A stretch of 64,000 nt of DNA from a virus: positions 14,410-78,409 of the IMG/VR virus record IMGVR_UViG_3300032238_000977, one strand, 5' to 3'. The translations under genes and the position numbers were made by a program. The notes below the pieces were generated by a model that was not told the origin of the DNA, searched no databases, and saw only the letters and a list, made by a program, of their open reading frames with translations. This document shows, piece after piece, positions 44,965-54,510 of the stretch. Within the stretch, counting starts at the first letter, position 1. Each line of letters starts with the position of its first letter.

Positions 44965-45041
44965 AGGTTTGGTGCGTATTGACCTATTATACAAAAAAAG
45001 GAGGTCTTGCGACCCCCCAGTGGACAGTTTAGAAAGTGTCC

Positions 45042-45602
45042 TCAATCTTTAGGCATTCTAGCACCAGTATGATGTCTTACAACACCAGCAGAATCAGTAT
45101 AAGTTGCTCTTTCTGGTCTAGGAGATACATAACCTACACCAGGAACAGAACCAGTTTGTCCTTTTGCTCTTGCTTCATTTCTTGCTTGTGCTCTTTGTGC
45201 CGCTCTACGACGATTTCTATCGTATGCTGCATCTTCACCAATAACTTCATCAATGATACTATTTCTCCACTCTTCACTCATATTCGCCATAATAGCAAGA
45301 GATGCCTTATTTGTATCTGCATAACCTTCGGCAACCAAATATTCAATTATATAATCAAAAAGATCACCTTCAAATTCTTCTCTATTCAATCTCTTTGCTG
45401 CTTGTGCTTTATAAAGACGCGCAGCTTGTGCAGCCTTAGCAGCAGCACCTTCTTTATCACCAGTAACAGAAAGTTTACCACGCTTTATATCTGCAGCTTT
45501 TGATGCTTTCAATGCAAGATCAGGAGAAATTTCATCAAGTTGTTGAGTTTCCACTGACTTTAAATATGCTTCTTGAAGATTAATAAGATCTCTAACGTCC
45601 AT
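45042..45602 (-). CDS. Probable head-internal protein
   Basis: LQEAY, LDEIS, IIEYLVAEGYA...MSEEW; TATAAATA at 45629-45636. Confidence 0.6.
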   Translation of the reverse strand: MDVRDLINLQEAYLKSVETQQLDEISPDLALKASKAADIKRGKLSVTGDKEGAAAKAAQAARLYKAQAAKRLNREEFEGDLFDYIIEYLVAEGYADTNKASLAIMANMSEEWRNSIIDEVIGEDAAYDRNRRRAAQRAQARNEARAKGQTGSVPGVGYVSPRPERATYTDSAGVVRHHTGARMPKD

Positions 45603-45631
45603 TTTTTTTTCTTAATCTATTATAATAATAT

Positions 45632-45772
45632 TTATAAAAAAGAAGCGTCTCGTTGATCAACGAGACGCTTCTTGAGTGCTTGGCGACGTGCCTTTGCTTG
45701 TCGGAGTGCCTGCGGTTTGAGTTTTCGCTTCTGCTCCTTTTTAGAATGGTGCATCCAGTTTGGAGTGTTCAT
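45632..45772 (-). CDS. 46-aa very basic microprotein (not in ORF track)
   Basis: MNTPNWMHHSKKEQKRKLKPQALRQAKARRQALKKRLVDQRDASFL. Confidence 0.6.
   Translation of the reverse strand: MNTPNWMHHSKKEQKRKLKPQALRQAKARRQALKKRLVDQRDASFL
45635..45673 (-). terminator. Terminator formed by a perfect 34-bp palindrome
   Basis: aagaagcgtctcgttga|tcaacgagacgcttctt (45640-45673) followed by a T-run on minus strand. Confidence 0.75.
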
Positions 45773-46484
45773 TGATCGTATCCAGAATGTTGATGGTGGG
45801 AAACCACCCAATACTAGTTAGTATTTTAACATCTGCTGCATTGTCCCGTCTCTCTCCAGGGGTCAGTTCCTTAACTGGCAGGTGACCCTGACCAAATGCT
45901 TCTGCTAAATCAGAAACCTTTACAGATTTTCCAGTCCCAACTGAGACTGGTCCAGTTACATCACTCAAAGCAAGATATCGAATAGCACGACAAACATCCT
46001 TAACATGAATCCAGTCTCTTTTGTGATTTGTTATATAAGTTGCTTTTTTATCTTTAAGCAAATCATACATCATGTTACCACGACCGCCAGGACCATAGAC
46101 TGTGGTAAATCTCATACCAACAGAGTTTGGTGGGGCCATTACCTCATTAATCCATTTAGTCATTGCATATGGATTAGTCCAATAATCCTCTTCTACAGTG
46201 CTTGAAGAGGCATACAAAAGGCGTGTATTTGTTTCTCTACACCAATCAAATATCTTTTTAGTTTTGAGAACATTGTTTTCGTAATACTTTTCTGGATTCT
46301 CTTGACTGTCTCTAATATCAGCAAAAGCAGCAAGATGAATTACAAGGTTAAAATCTCCTCCAGAAAAATCACCAATATCATAAGGCAAATCCATACCAAC
46401 AACTAAGTTGTTATGAGTCTCTACCCAATCATTAAAAACATGTTTTCCAATAAAACCTTTATGTCCAGTAATTAAGACTTTCAT
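45741..46484 (-). CDS. NAD-dependent epimerase/dehydratase
   Basis: TGHKGFIG, HLAA, YASSS, YAMTK. Confidence 0.85.
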   Translation of the reverse strand: MKVLITGHKGFIGKHVFNDWVETHNNLVVGMDLPYDIGDFSGGDFNLVIHLAAFADIRDSQENPEKYYENNVLKTKKIFDWCRETNTRLLYASSSTVEEDYWTNPYAMTKWINEVMAPPNSVGMRFTTVYGPGGRGNMMYDLLKDKKATYITNHKRDWIHVKDVCRAIRYLALSDVTGPVSVGTGKSVKVSDLAEAFGQGHLPVKELTPGERRDNAADVKILTSIGWFPTINILDTINEHSKLDAPF

Positions 46485-48190
46485 ACAATTCTACTAAATC
46501 CTTTAATTTTATCAAATTTAATTACGTTATCAAATTTATCATGCAAAGATTCTTTATGGGAAATAACAAAGATATTTGCATCTTTAATTACATATTTAAT
46601 AATTTTTAGAAAATCATCAGTTCCAAATCCATCAAGAGAAGAATCAAACACTTCATCCATAATAAGGAGATTGGTATTTACTGAATTTTTAAATTTAGCA
46701 ACTTCCCTCCAAGTAAAGAGAAGAGCCAAGTCTATTCTCATTTTTTCCCCTTCACTAAAAGAAGCATAGGAAAAATCTTCATGAATTGGGGACTGGACGG
46801 TTTCGTTAAATTCATCATCAAGAGTAAAGTTAATGTAAAAGTCCATCATCTGAAGATAACGGTTTACTTGCTGATTTATCAGCGGCAAGTACTTCTTAAT
46901 GATTTTGGATTTTACTCCACCGTCTTTAAGTAAACTATACGCAAAATCGTAATAGTTGATTAAGTCTTTTTTAGAAGCGAGTTCGTCGTATGTAGTTTTT
47001 AGGTTCTCTTTAAAAGATTCTAACTTCTCATGTTCAGAATTTCGGTTTGCAAGGTTCTCGGTAAGAACTTGAATTTCATGTTCAAGATTTCGGATTTGTC
47101 TTTGTAATCCGTTAATCTTAATATTGTTTTGAGAAATGCCATTCGTTAGTTTCGAAATCTCCTTAGACAGAGTATTGAATTGACGCTCTCGCTTCTCTTC
47201 CTCTTTAATTGCCTCCTCCAGTTCTTTATAACCAGATTGCAACTCCTTTGCTTTATTTTGAGCGTCATTAATCTTATTTATTCTAAACTCGTCCTCAATC
47301 TCCTGTGTGCAGGTAGGACAAACCGTATTTTCAGTGAAGAACTTATGCTCTTTGGTAATCGTAGATACCTTTTGTGAGATTTTACCTTTTAGATTTCCCA
47401 ACTTACGAAGTTTTTCTGCATACCCAATTAATTGATCTTGCTCGCAGATATACTCACGAAGAGGATCTTCCAGAGAAGAGTTTTCTTTTATATGATCATC
47501 AACTTCTAAATTTAATTCAGATATCTTTTCTTTACTTGCATTAATATTAGCATTACCACGATTCTCAAGTTCTTCAATGAAATTACTTTGCATTTCAACT
47601 TTTTCTATAATGGATTGCTTTTTCAAATCCAAAGTTCTAAGTTGTTCTTTTGCAGATCTTATTTTCTCTTTAATGAGATTATTCATTGAAGAGAAAATCT
47701 TAATATCTAATAGATCTTCAATAACTTCTCTTCGATGAGCAGCAGGAAGTTGCATAAAGGGAACAAATGCACTTGAACCCAAAATTACAATTTGTGTAAA
47801 AGATTTATAGTTCATTTTAAGAACATTTTGCTCCAACCATTTTTGCTGATCCAAAGCTGCAGAAGACTGATCTAAAGGAGATCCGTTTCTATAGATTTCA
47901 AAAATAGCAGGTTTTATTCCACGAACAACTTTCCACTCAGTTTTTCCAATAGAAAATTCAACCTCAACAACACAATCCTTTTCATTTGCAGTATTGATAA
48001 GTTGGGGTTTGTTAATTTTACGAAATGGTTTCCCAAACAAAGAAAAGGTAAGGGCATCCAGAACAGTACTCTTACCTGCACCGTTTGTTCCAATAATCAA
48101 ATTCGTTGTTTTATTTACGAATTCAATTTCACTAAAGTGGTTTCCCGTTGAAAGAAAATTTTTCCAACGAATATTACGAAATAAAATCAT
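46481..48190 (-). CDS. g46: Recombination endonuclease subunit gp46 (SbcC/Rad50-like)
   Basis: GTNGAGKST, CPTC hook, FSEGEK, MDEVFD. Confidence 0.95.
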   Translation of the reverse strand: MILFRNIRWKNFLSTGNHFSEIEFVNKTTNLIIGTNGAGKSTVLDALTFSLFGKPFRKINKPQLINTANEKDCVVEVEFSIGKTEWKVVRGIKPAIFEIYRNGSPLDQSSAALDQQKWLEQNVLKMNYKSFTQIVILGSSAFVPFMQLPAAHRREVIEDLLDIKIFSSMNNLIKEKIRSAKEQLRTLDLKKQSIIEKVEMQSNFIEELENRGNANINASKEKISELNLEVDDHIKENSSLEDPLREYICEQDQLIGYAEKLRKLGNLKGKISQKVSTITKEHKFFTENTVCPTCTQEIEDEFRINKINDAQNKAKELQSGYKELEEAIKEEEKRERQFNTLSKEISKLTNGISQNNIKINGLQRQIRNLEHEIQVLTENLANRNSEHEKLESFKENLKTTYDELASKKDLINYYDFAYSLLKDGGVKSKIIKKYLPLINQQVNRYLQMMDFYINFTLDDEFNETVQSPIHEDFSYASFSEGEKMRIDLALLFTWREVAKFKNSVNTNLLIMDEVFDSSLDGFGTDDFLKIIKYVIKDANIFVISHKESLHDKFDNVIKFDKIKGFSRIV

Positions 48191-48446
48191 TTGTTTCTGG
48201 TGGAATTACAATGTCGTTTTCAGTTATTATTGTATATTGGTAATTGTGTACTTCACATGCTTTAATTAGCAATTCATCATCTACTTCCAAAACTTTCATT
48301 GTTGGAAATTCTTTTTCCTCCAACATCATAGCATATCTTGCCGCGTCATCTTCTTCAACAAAAAGATAGATAATCTCTTCCCCATCTTCATTTTCTACGG
48401 AATATGCACCCTTCTCTTCGTTTCCATCAACTGTAAGGATATACAT
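48174..48446 (-). CDS. DUF3110-like conserved protein
   Basis: LFVEEDDAARYAMMLE...IVIPP. Confidence 0.7.
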   Translation of the reverse strand: MYILTVDGNEEKGAYSVENEDGEEIIYLFVEEDDAARYAMMLEEKEFPTMKVLEVDDELLIKACEVHNYQYTIITENDIVIPPETNDFIS

Positions 48447-48448
48447 TT

Positions 48449-49489
48449 TTATGCCATCTCACAAGCTTCTTTATAGATTTCAGATATAATTTTTTGAATT
48501 ACCGATTTATCCAAATTAACCTCAGACTCTTCAATATATCTATTAAGAATAGAAATAGTATCTTCGGATTCAAATCCTTCAAATTCATCATCATCTATGA
48601 TTTGAAAATTTTCAACAATTTTCAATTCAGCAACATTTGCTGCATACAATTTATCGATAAATTTTTCAAACTGTTTGGTATCGGATTTTTTTCTAACTAT
48701 AACTTTTACTATTTTTTCTTCATATTCTCTTGTATCGAAAAGTTGAGGATTTGTATCCTCATAATAAATGTTATAGAACATCCTGAACGGATTGTTTACG
48801 GGAACATGTTCTAAAGTATCTGTATCAAATAGAGTAAATCCGCGATCATCATTCACATCATTCCAATAAATCTCATACGGATTACCCAAATAGAAAATTT
48901 TTCCATCATTAGAACGAGTATGATAATGACCAGAAAATACTTTTTCAAATTTATTAAAAATTTTGGTTTCCATACCATGATCCATAACATGGCCTCTATG
49001 AGAGTTAAACCCATTAAGTTCCAAATGCCCCATTGCAACGGAAGATTTGGTATTCTCAATCATTTTTAAAGTTTTTTTTTCATTTTCTTGGTTAATCCAA
49101 GGAATAAAAAGTACTTTTAATTTATCAACTAAAACCTCAGTTGGGTCGGAAATAATTTCAACATTATCATACTCACGAAGAAGAAGATCCACAGCATTTA
49201 CTTCGTTTGTATTTTTATAATACGAATCGTGATTTCCAACAATTAAATGCAATTTAATTCCCCTCTTCTTAAGAGGGTCAAAAATATTATCTTTAGACCA
49301 AGCAAGGGCTGAAAAATCAATTCCTTTTCTACTATCAAAAGCATCACCCATATGAATAACAGTTTTAATTTCCTCCTTATCTAAGGTAGGAAAAAATACA
49401 TTATGGTAAAACTTTTTAAAATAATCATGAAAAAGTTTAGAATTTTTCCTTGCCCCATAATGGGTGTCACTTATAATACCAATCTTCAT
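48449..49489 (-). CDS. g47: Recombination endonuclease subunit gp47 (Mre11-like)
   Basis: SDTHYG, GDAFD, GNHD, SGHYH. Confidence 0.95.
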   Translation of the reverse strand: MKIGIISDTHYGARKNSKLFHDYFKKFYHNVFFPTLDKEEIKTVIHMGDAFDSRKGIDFSALAWSKDNIFDPLKKRGIKLHLIVGNHDSYYKNTNEVNAVDLLLREYDNVEIISDPTEVLVDKLKVLFIPWINQENEKKTLKMIENTKSSVAMGHLELNGFNSHRGHVMDHGMETKIFNKFEKVFSGHYHTRSNDGKIFYLGNPYEIYWNDVNDDRGFTLFDTDTLEHVPVNNPFRMFYNIYYEDTNPQLFDTREYEEKIVKVIVRKKSDTKQFEKFIDKLYAANVAELKIVENFQIIDDDEFEGFESEDTISILNRYIEESEVNLDKSVIQKIISEIYKEACEMA

Positions 49490-49494
49490 AATTA

Positions 49495-49992
49495 TCAGTA
49501 TCTTATCTTGCTATGAACAGCATCTTTAATACTATTATAGTCGCTGTAGTTGGATCCGTCAATAAGGTTGTTGTCCACAAAAACCTCATCGTATCCAGTC
49601 TTTTCTAGGATTTTATTTTTGATTTCTAACTGCTTTTTCTCTTTTTGAATTCTTCTCAAAAATGCGTAGTGAATGATTTGAGTAAAGTAAGCAAAAGGAT
49701 TTTGAGATTTTTCTGGATCAAAATTGTGAATATACTGAACACAATTTTCTATACCATCAGAAATCATATCATCTTTGAAGATGTAATTTACAAAATTAGG
49801 TTTGAAAGATAAGTGAGTTGCAATCTTTAAAAAACATTCACCTATGTAATTTGGAATTTTTGGTTTAGGTCTATCATTAATTTCAGCAATTTTTACATTA
49901 TCCCTATGATTAATTAAGGCTGCTAAAAATTCTTTGTTATTAACGTAATGAATTGACCTCTTTCTTTTGGTCATTACTGCTGTGGTTATCAT
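49495..49992 (-). CDS. g55: Late-transcription sigma factor gp55
   Basis: HYVNNKEF, DMISDGIENC, NPFAYFTQI. Confidence 0.95.
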   Translation of the reverse strand: MITTAVMTKRKRSIHYVNNKEFLAALINHRDNVKIAEINDRPKPKIPNYIGECFLKIATHLSFKPNFVNYIFKDDMISDGIENCVQYIHNFDPEKSQNPFAYFTQIIHYAFLRRIQKEKKQLEIKNKILEKTGYDEVFVDNNLIDGSNYSDYNSIKDAVHSKIRY

Positions 49993-50018
49993 TTAACAAT
50001 ATTATGTATTATCAGTAC

Positions 50019-50069
50019 ATGATAACACTTTTCTTGGTAGTTGACAAGCATTCCTAATGTGTGTATAAT
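50019..50069. promoter_or_regulatory. Back-to-back overlapping sigma70 promoters
   Basis: Minus: TTGTCA-N17-TATCAT (to g55). Plus: perfect TTGACA-N17-TATAAT (50041-50069). Confidence 0.75.
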
Positions 50070-50098
50070 AACCTTTGTGGAGGTTGAAAAGATTAGTA

Positions 50099-50497
50099 TT
50101 AGCTTTTATTATAAAGCTTCTCTAAGATCTCTTTAGCATCATTGACGTTAGCAATATATCCCATTTTTCTATTTAATTTTGTACGCTGATAACGTCCGTT
50201 TGAATTTCCAGATTGACGTACATAAGATTGATACATTTGAATCATTTCAATATCAAAAGATTCAGACATTGTAATTACATTGTCTAGATCCAGAATAAAC
50301 ATATCTTCTGTTGTGGTTTTTAACCAAGGTTCTATTTTATATCCAATAATTCCATTTTTACCTTTAATTTCGGATATGATTATTGGATTGCTTACAAGCA
50401 ATATCATTCTGTCGTTTTCTTCACATGGAGAAACTTTTGCAAATATTTCTTCCCCTGATTTTAACTTTAAAGTTGCATAAAAATCTTCTTCCATCAT
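50099..50497 (-). CDS. Conserved hypothetical protein (Sm-like fold candidate)
   Basis: LKLKSGEEIFAKV...EPWLK. Confidence 0.75.
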   Translation of the reverse strand: MMEEDFYATLKLKSGEEIFAKVSPCEENDRMILLVSNPIIISEIKGKNGIIGYKIEPWLKTTTEDMFILDLDNVITMSESFDIEMIQMYQSYVRQSGNSNGRYQRTKLNRKMGYIANVNDAKEILEKLYNKS

Positions 50498-51966
50498 TGT
50501 TTTAAATTTACAGTTAGTATTTCATAATTAAAATTTTCTTCATTATATATTTTTATTCTTTCTATTAAATGATTTAAAGTATAATTTTTTCTAGAATTGT
50601 AAGTACAATCATCGGATATATCATATAACATTGCTTTATTTTTAGATTTACTTTTTCTAAGTACTCTCCCTATACTTTGCAAATTTCGTATTCTAGATTT
50701 ACTTGGAGATGCAAATATTACATTGTGTAGATTTTTAATATTTACTCCTGTGGAAAATACTCCATATGATGCTATGATAATTGCATTAGATTCAATTTCT
50801 GTAATTTCTCTAATTTTTTCTCTTTCAACAGCATCAACTCCACCATGTACAAAAAAGACTTTTCTACCTTGATGTGCATTTTTATTTATGAGTTCAAACA
50901 GCGGTAGTCCATGCGTTTCTACTCTGGAAAAAAGAACCAAAGTATTTCCTTTTAAATCTATAGATAAATTTTTAATAAAGTTATTTCTTTTGTCATGTGT
51001 AATTAAATATTGTATCTCATCTTCAAAAGTATTAAATTTGTTAGCCGGATGTTTCAATACAATACATTTAATGTCTAATTTTGAAACATGACCTTGCTCC
51101 ATCAACTCTGCGGTTCTTGTTACTTTATATGATGGACCAAATAATCCTTCTAGAACCCATTTGTGAGTTTGTGTACCATCAAGAGTTCCAGTAAATCCAA
51201 AACGATATTTTGCATGATGAAGTTTAGTCATAATCTCTATAAGAGATTTACTTTTGAAAAGGTGCGCTTCATCTCCAATAACTACATTGTAATCTTCAAA
51301 AAATGATCTCTCTAATTTATAAACAGATTGCCATGTTGTAATTGTAACTGGATATTCATTAGTTTTTTCCCTACCAGAATAAATTCGATGGCAATATGAC
51401 TCAGCATCCCAACCATAATCCTGGAAATCTTTATACATCTGCTCTACAAGAGATGTCGTTGGAACAACTAAAAGGATTTTTTGTCCTTTATTTGCATAAT
51501 ACCTTACTAATGAATAAATCATCAGAGATTTGCCTGAGGCAGTTGGTGATATCAATAATTTTCTATTATGTCTTAAAGCATCGTATACTCCATCTACCTG
51601 ATATGAACGAGGAGTATGGGAGCAAATAGAATGCATGTAATCTTTAACACCTTCATGGGATACCTCTTCGTTTATCTCAAAGGGTAACCCATAAAATTTA
51701 TTTTCTTCGAATGAATAAGTATAATTATAATTTTTGCAAAAAGATACTAACTTATCCAAAAGACCAATATAAATTTGTTTGGTTCTCAAATCAAACAGAT
51801 GAATTTCTCCATTCCAATTTCTACCCCTATACTGGGGCATGAACTTTGCATTCGGAACTTCAAATTTAAAATAATCCTTTAGTTCGTATTCGATATGAGG
51901 TTCGGTTTTTATTTTTAAAAAAACCTCATTAGATTTGCTAATAGTTAAATTTGAATTGTCAACCAT
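50494..51966 (-). CDS. uvsW: UvsW helicase
   Basis: SPTASGKS, DEAH, TGT, QSIGRVLR. Confidence 0.95.
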   Translation of the reverse strand: MVDNSNLTISKSNEVFLKIKTEPHIEYELKDYFKFEVPNAKFMPQYRGRNWNGEIHLFDLRTKQIYIGLLDKLVSFCKNYNYTYSFEENKFYGLPFEINEEVSHEGVKDYMHSICSHTPRSYQVDGVYDALRHNRKLLISPTASGKSLMIYSLVRYYANKGQKILLVVPTTSLVEQMYKDFQDYGWDAESYCHRIYSGREKTNEYPVTITTWQSVYKLERSFFEDYNVVIGDEAHLFKSKSLIEIMTKLHHAKYRFGFTGTLDGTQTHKWVLEGLFGPSYKVTRTAELMEQGHVSKLDIKCIVLKHPANKFNTFEDEIQYLITHDKRNNFIKNLSIDLKGNTLVLFSRVETHGLPLFELINKNAHQGRKVFFVHGGVDAVEREKIREITEIESNAIIIASYGVFSTGVNIKNLHNVIFASPSKSRIRNLQSIGRVLRKSKSKNKAMLYDISDDCTYNSRKNYTLNHLIERIKIYNEENFNYEILTVNLKQ

Positions 51967-52396
51967 ATCCTGCCTGGAATTTTATAAATTCAATAGCATT
52001 CTTAATTTGGTAAGTTCTATTTTGAATTACTTTAAGAATACTCTCAATATAATTTAGGATAGTTTCGTAGTAGTCAATTTTCAAACAAATTTGAGAAAGA
52101 TTTTTATCTGCATCCAAATATTTTTGTAAGGTTTCTTTATCTCTTATTTTTTTGGGAAAAGGATTTTCTACATATACTTCTGGATCTGCCTTTCCAGTGA
52201 AGTATTCATATCTCTCATGTCTTATATTTTTTTTCTGTTGTTCTGCTTTTTTCCTTAAAAGAAAAATTGTATTGTATAAATCAAAATATTTTGCATGTAA
52301 TCTGGGAATGTTTAATGACTCTGTATGCAAATTGTCTGGGTCAATTTTCGAATCTTCTTCCCACATTTTTTGTATAGTATCAAGGTCTAGCTTCAT
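51959..52396 (-). CDS. uvsY: Recombination mediator UvsY
   Basis: LHAKY...YQIKNAIEF; synteny. Confidence 0.9.
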   Translation of the reverse strand: MKLDLDTIQKMWEEDSKIDPDNLHTESLNIPRLHAKYFDLYNTIFLLRKKAEQQKKNIRHERYEYFTGKADPEVYVENPFPKKIRDKETLQKYLDADKNLSQICLKIDYYETILNYIESILKVIQNRTYQIKNAIEFIKFQAGYG

Positions 52397-52956
52397 AAAG
52401 GATTGCCGTTCAAATCAGTTATATTGTAAATAGTATACTTGAATACTACCTCTGCGGTAAAGTATTCAATATCATTCATTGTTGCATCAAATTGTAATGT
52501 AGATAAAGAAACTGGAAATAAATCTTTAAATTTGATTTTAAAATTTGGATTGTTGTTGCTTGTTAAAATTTGAAGAGTAGCATCCGAATATATGTTCAGC
52601 ATGGACTTTGGTTGTTGGTCCATTGCTTTGTTTGATTTTTGCAAATCATATATTTCTTGAAGACTTTCTGGATAACCAAGTCCTCTCATCCAATTTTGTA
52701 TTTCCATATAGTTTTCAAGATTTTCATCTACCAAAAAACGTAAATTAAAATCGGAAAAAACTAACTTATCACCAGGAACATCAATGTCTTTTAGGTATGT
52801 TGGTTGAACAGCTACTCCTAAATCTATTCCTGGGATATTTGCTTGGTTACTGAAAAATGATACTTTTGGACTTTTATTTAATACAAACTTAAATCCTACA
52901 GGAGATAGAAAATTTCTATTCTGTATTTGATTATCGTAAATATTTTTTGTAGCCAT
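52393..52956 (-). CDS. g3: Tail tube terminator/completion protein gp3
   Basis: NFLSPVGF, ANIPG, VDENLENY, FPVSLS. Confidence 0.9.
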   Translation of the reverse strand: MATKNIYDNQIQNRNFLSPVGFKFVLNKSPKVSFFSNQANIPGIDLGVAVQPTYLKDIDVPGDKLVFSDFNLRFLVDENLENYMEIQNWMRGLGYPESLQEIYDLQKSNKAMDQQPKSMLNIYSDATLQILTSNNNPNFKIKFKDLFPVSLSTLQFDATMNDIEYFTAEVVFKYTIYNITDLNGNPL

Positions 52957-52974
52957 TTTTTTAACTATTTAGAT

Positions 52975-53001
52975 AAAAAAAGAGGGTCCCGAAGGACCCT
53001 C
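52975..53001 (-). terminator. Intrinsic terminator after g23
   Basis: GAGGGTCC-TTCG-GGACCCTC followed by T7. Confidence 0.9.
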
Positions 53002-53021
53002 CAGAAATATGTGAATTTAGA

Positions 53022-54455
53022 TCACATGAGGTTCTTAACAGCAACTCTTCTGTAGTAACGGTTTGCGTTAACAGTGAGGTTACCTTGACCCTGAGTTGTA
53101 CCCTCAGCGAATGGGTTAGCAACCATACCATAACGAGTCTTAAACCCGATTTTTGGTTGGAAGCTGTTCTCACCAACGGCACGTACCATTTGGAGAGGAA
53201 CATATGGGCAATAGAAGAGACCTGCGTCATAAGGTGAAGAACCCTTATAACCAACAACGTAGTACTGGTTACCACCTGTTGGAGCAGCGTTACCTGTAGT
53301 CAGGTTAGCAGCATATGGGTCAATGTAGACGCGGAATTTGCCCATCAAAGTACCAGCAAAAGTATTGCCAGTGTCGTCAACGTTAAGGTTAGCGTTGAGT
53401 GCGGGGGTGTAATCGAGAACACCAGCCATGGTGAGTGCTGAAGCAACGTCAGCAGAACACATGATGATGTTGCCCTTTCCACGACGAGTTCTTTGTGCGA
53501 TTGCGTTAGCATCACGCTCGATTTGGAAAAGAAGACCCTTGAACTTCTCAACAGACCAACGACCGTTGGAATCAACGTCGAGGTCAAATACACCAGCAGT
53601 AGCGGTGTTTTGTGCAGCACCCTGTTCAGCAACCCTGTAGATGGTTCTGATAACTTCGCGGTTGATTTCAGCAAGAATCTCGGTTGAGAGAATATTTGCT
53701 AATTCCGCTTCAGCGTTCAGACCGTGGATTGCCTTAAGGTCTTGTGCGAGTTCTAAGGTGTACTCAGCTTTGAGTGCGCGTGACTTTGCAGTAACGGTAA
53801 CTTTCTCGATTGAGAAAGCCATCTGGTTGAATGCATCAGCACCGCTATCAAGAGCTTCTGCCTGATCAGTACGCATACCCTGACCAACATTGTAGTCAGT
53901 GCTGGTTGAAGATGCGGTTGGATTAAGAACTCCTGGGTTTGAACCGCTTTGTGCGGTAGTACCCATACCAACTGAGCCGTCGGTGAATCCGTCGCTATTA
54001 TCACGACCAAATGGTTGCCCAGAGTATGCAGTATCAACTTCGTTGAAGAATGCTTCTGTGCCGCTCTGGCTGTTGTAGCGTGAGCGCATTGCGAAGATGA
54101 GTCCAGTAGGACCGTTCATTGGTTGAACGCCTGCGAGGTCATAAGCGACCAAGTTGGGCATTGAACGTCTGATCAATGAGATCAGAACTGGATCGAAACC
54201 TGCAGTAGGACCTGCGCTGAATCCTTGTGCGCTACCACCGAAACCAGCTGTACCACCTGAAGCAGTGCTGTTTGCTGCGGTTTCGGATAAGAATGAACCT
54301 GCAGTATCAAATGCAGATTGCTCTCTTAAAAACTTTTCTTGGTTTTCTAGCAGGACTGCGGTTACCGCTCTACGATGTGAATCTTTGATTGAATCAAGAC
54401 CCTCATAGTTGAGGAGTGGTGCCCACTTTTCCTGCAGATGCTCGGAATGGAACAT
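53022..54455 (-). CDS. g23: Major capsid protein gp23
   Basis: KWAPLL, GVQPMNGPTGLIFAMR, KSRALKAEY, FQPKIGFKTRYG. Confidence 0.98.
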   Translation of the reverse strand: MFHSEHLQEKWAPLLNYEGLDSIKDSHRRAVTAVLLENQEKFLREQSAFDTAGSFLSETAANSTASGGTAGFGGSAQGFSAGPTAGFDPVLISLIRRSMPNLVAYDLAGVQPMNGPTGLIFAMRSRYNSQSGTEAFFNEVDTAYSGQPFGRDNSDGFTDGSVGMGTTAQSGSNPGVLNPTASSTSTDYNVGQGMRTDQAEALDSGADAFNQMAFSIEKVTVTAKSRALKAEYTLELAQDLKAIHGLNAEAELANILSTEILAEINREVIRTIYRVAEQGAAQNTATAGVFDLDVDSNGRWSVEKFKGLLFQIERDANAIAQRTRRGKGNIIMCSADVASALTMAGVLDYTPALNANLNVDDTGNTFAGTLMGKFRVYIDPYAANLTTGNAAPTGGNQYYVVGYKGSSPYDAGLFYCPYVPLQMVRAVGENSFQPKIGFKTRYGMVANPFAEGTTQGQGNLTVNANRYYRRVAVKNLM

Positions 54456-54510
54456 TTGCGTTTACCTTTTGTAGTGTGTTTGTTTACGTTTGAATTATAT
54501 TAAATTCAGT

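Noticed and set aside
52961-53275. ORF overlapping the g23 3' end as a programmed frameshift extension
   Set aside because: No slippery site identified; the frame runs through the strong terminator and looks like an off-frame shadow
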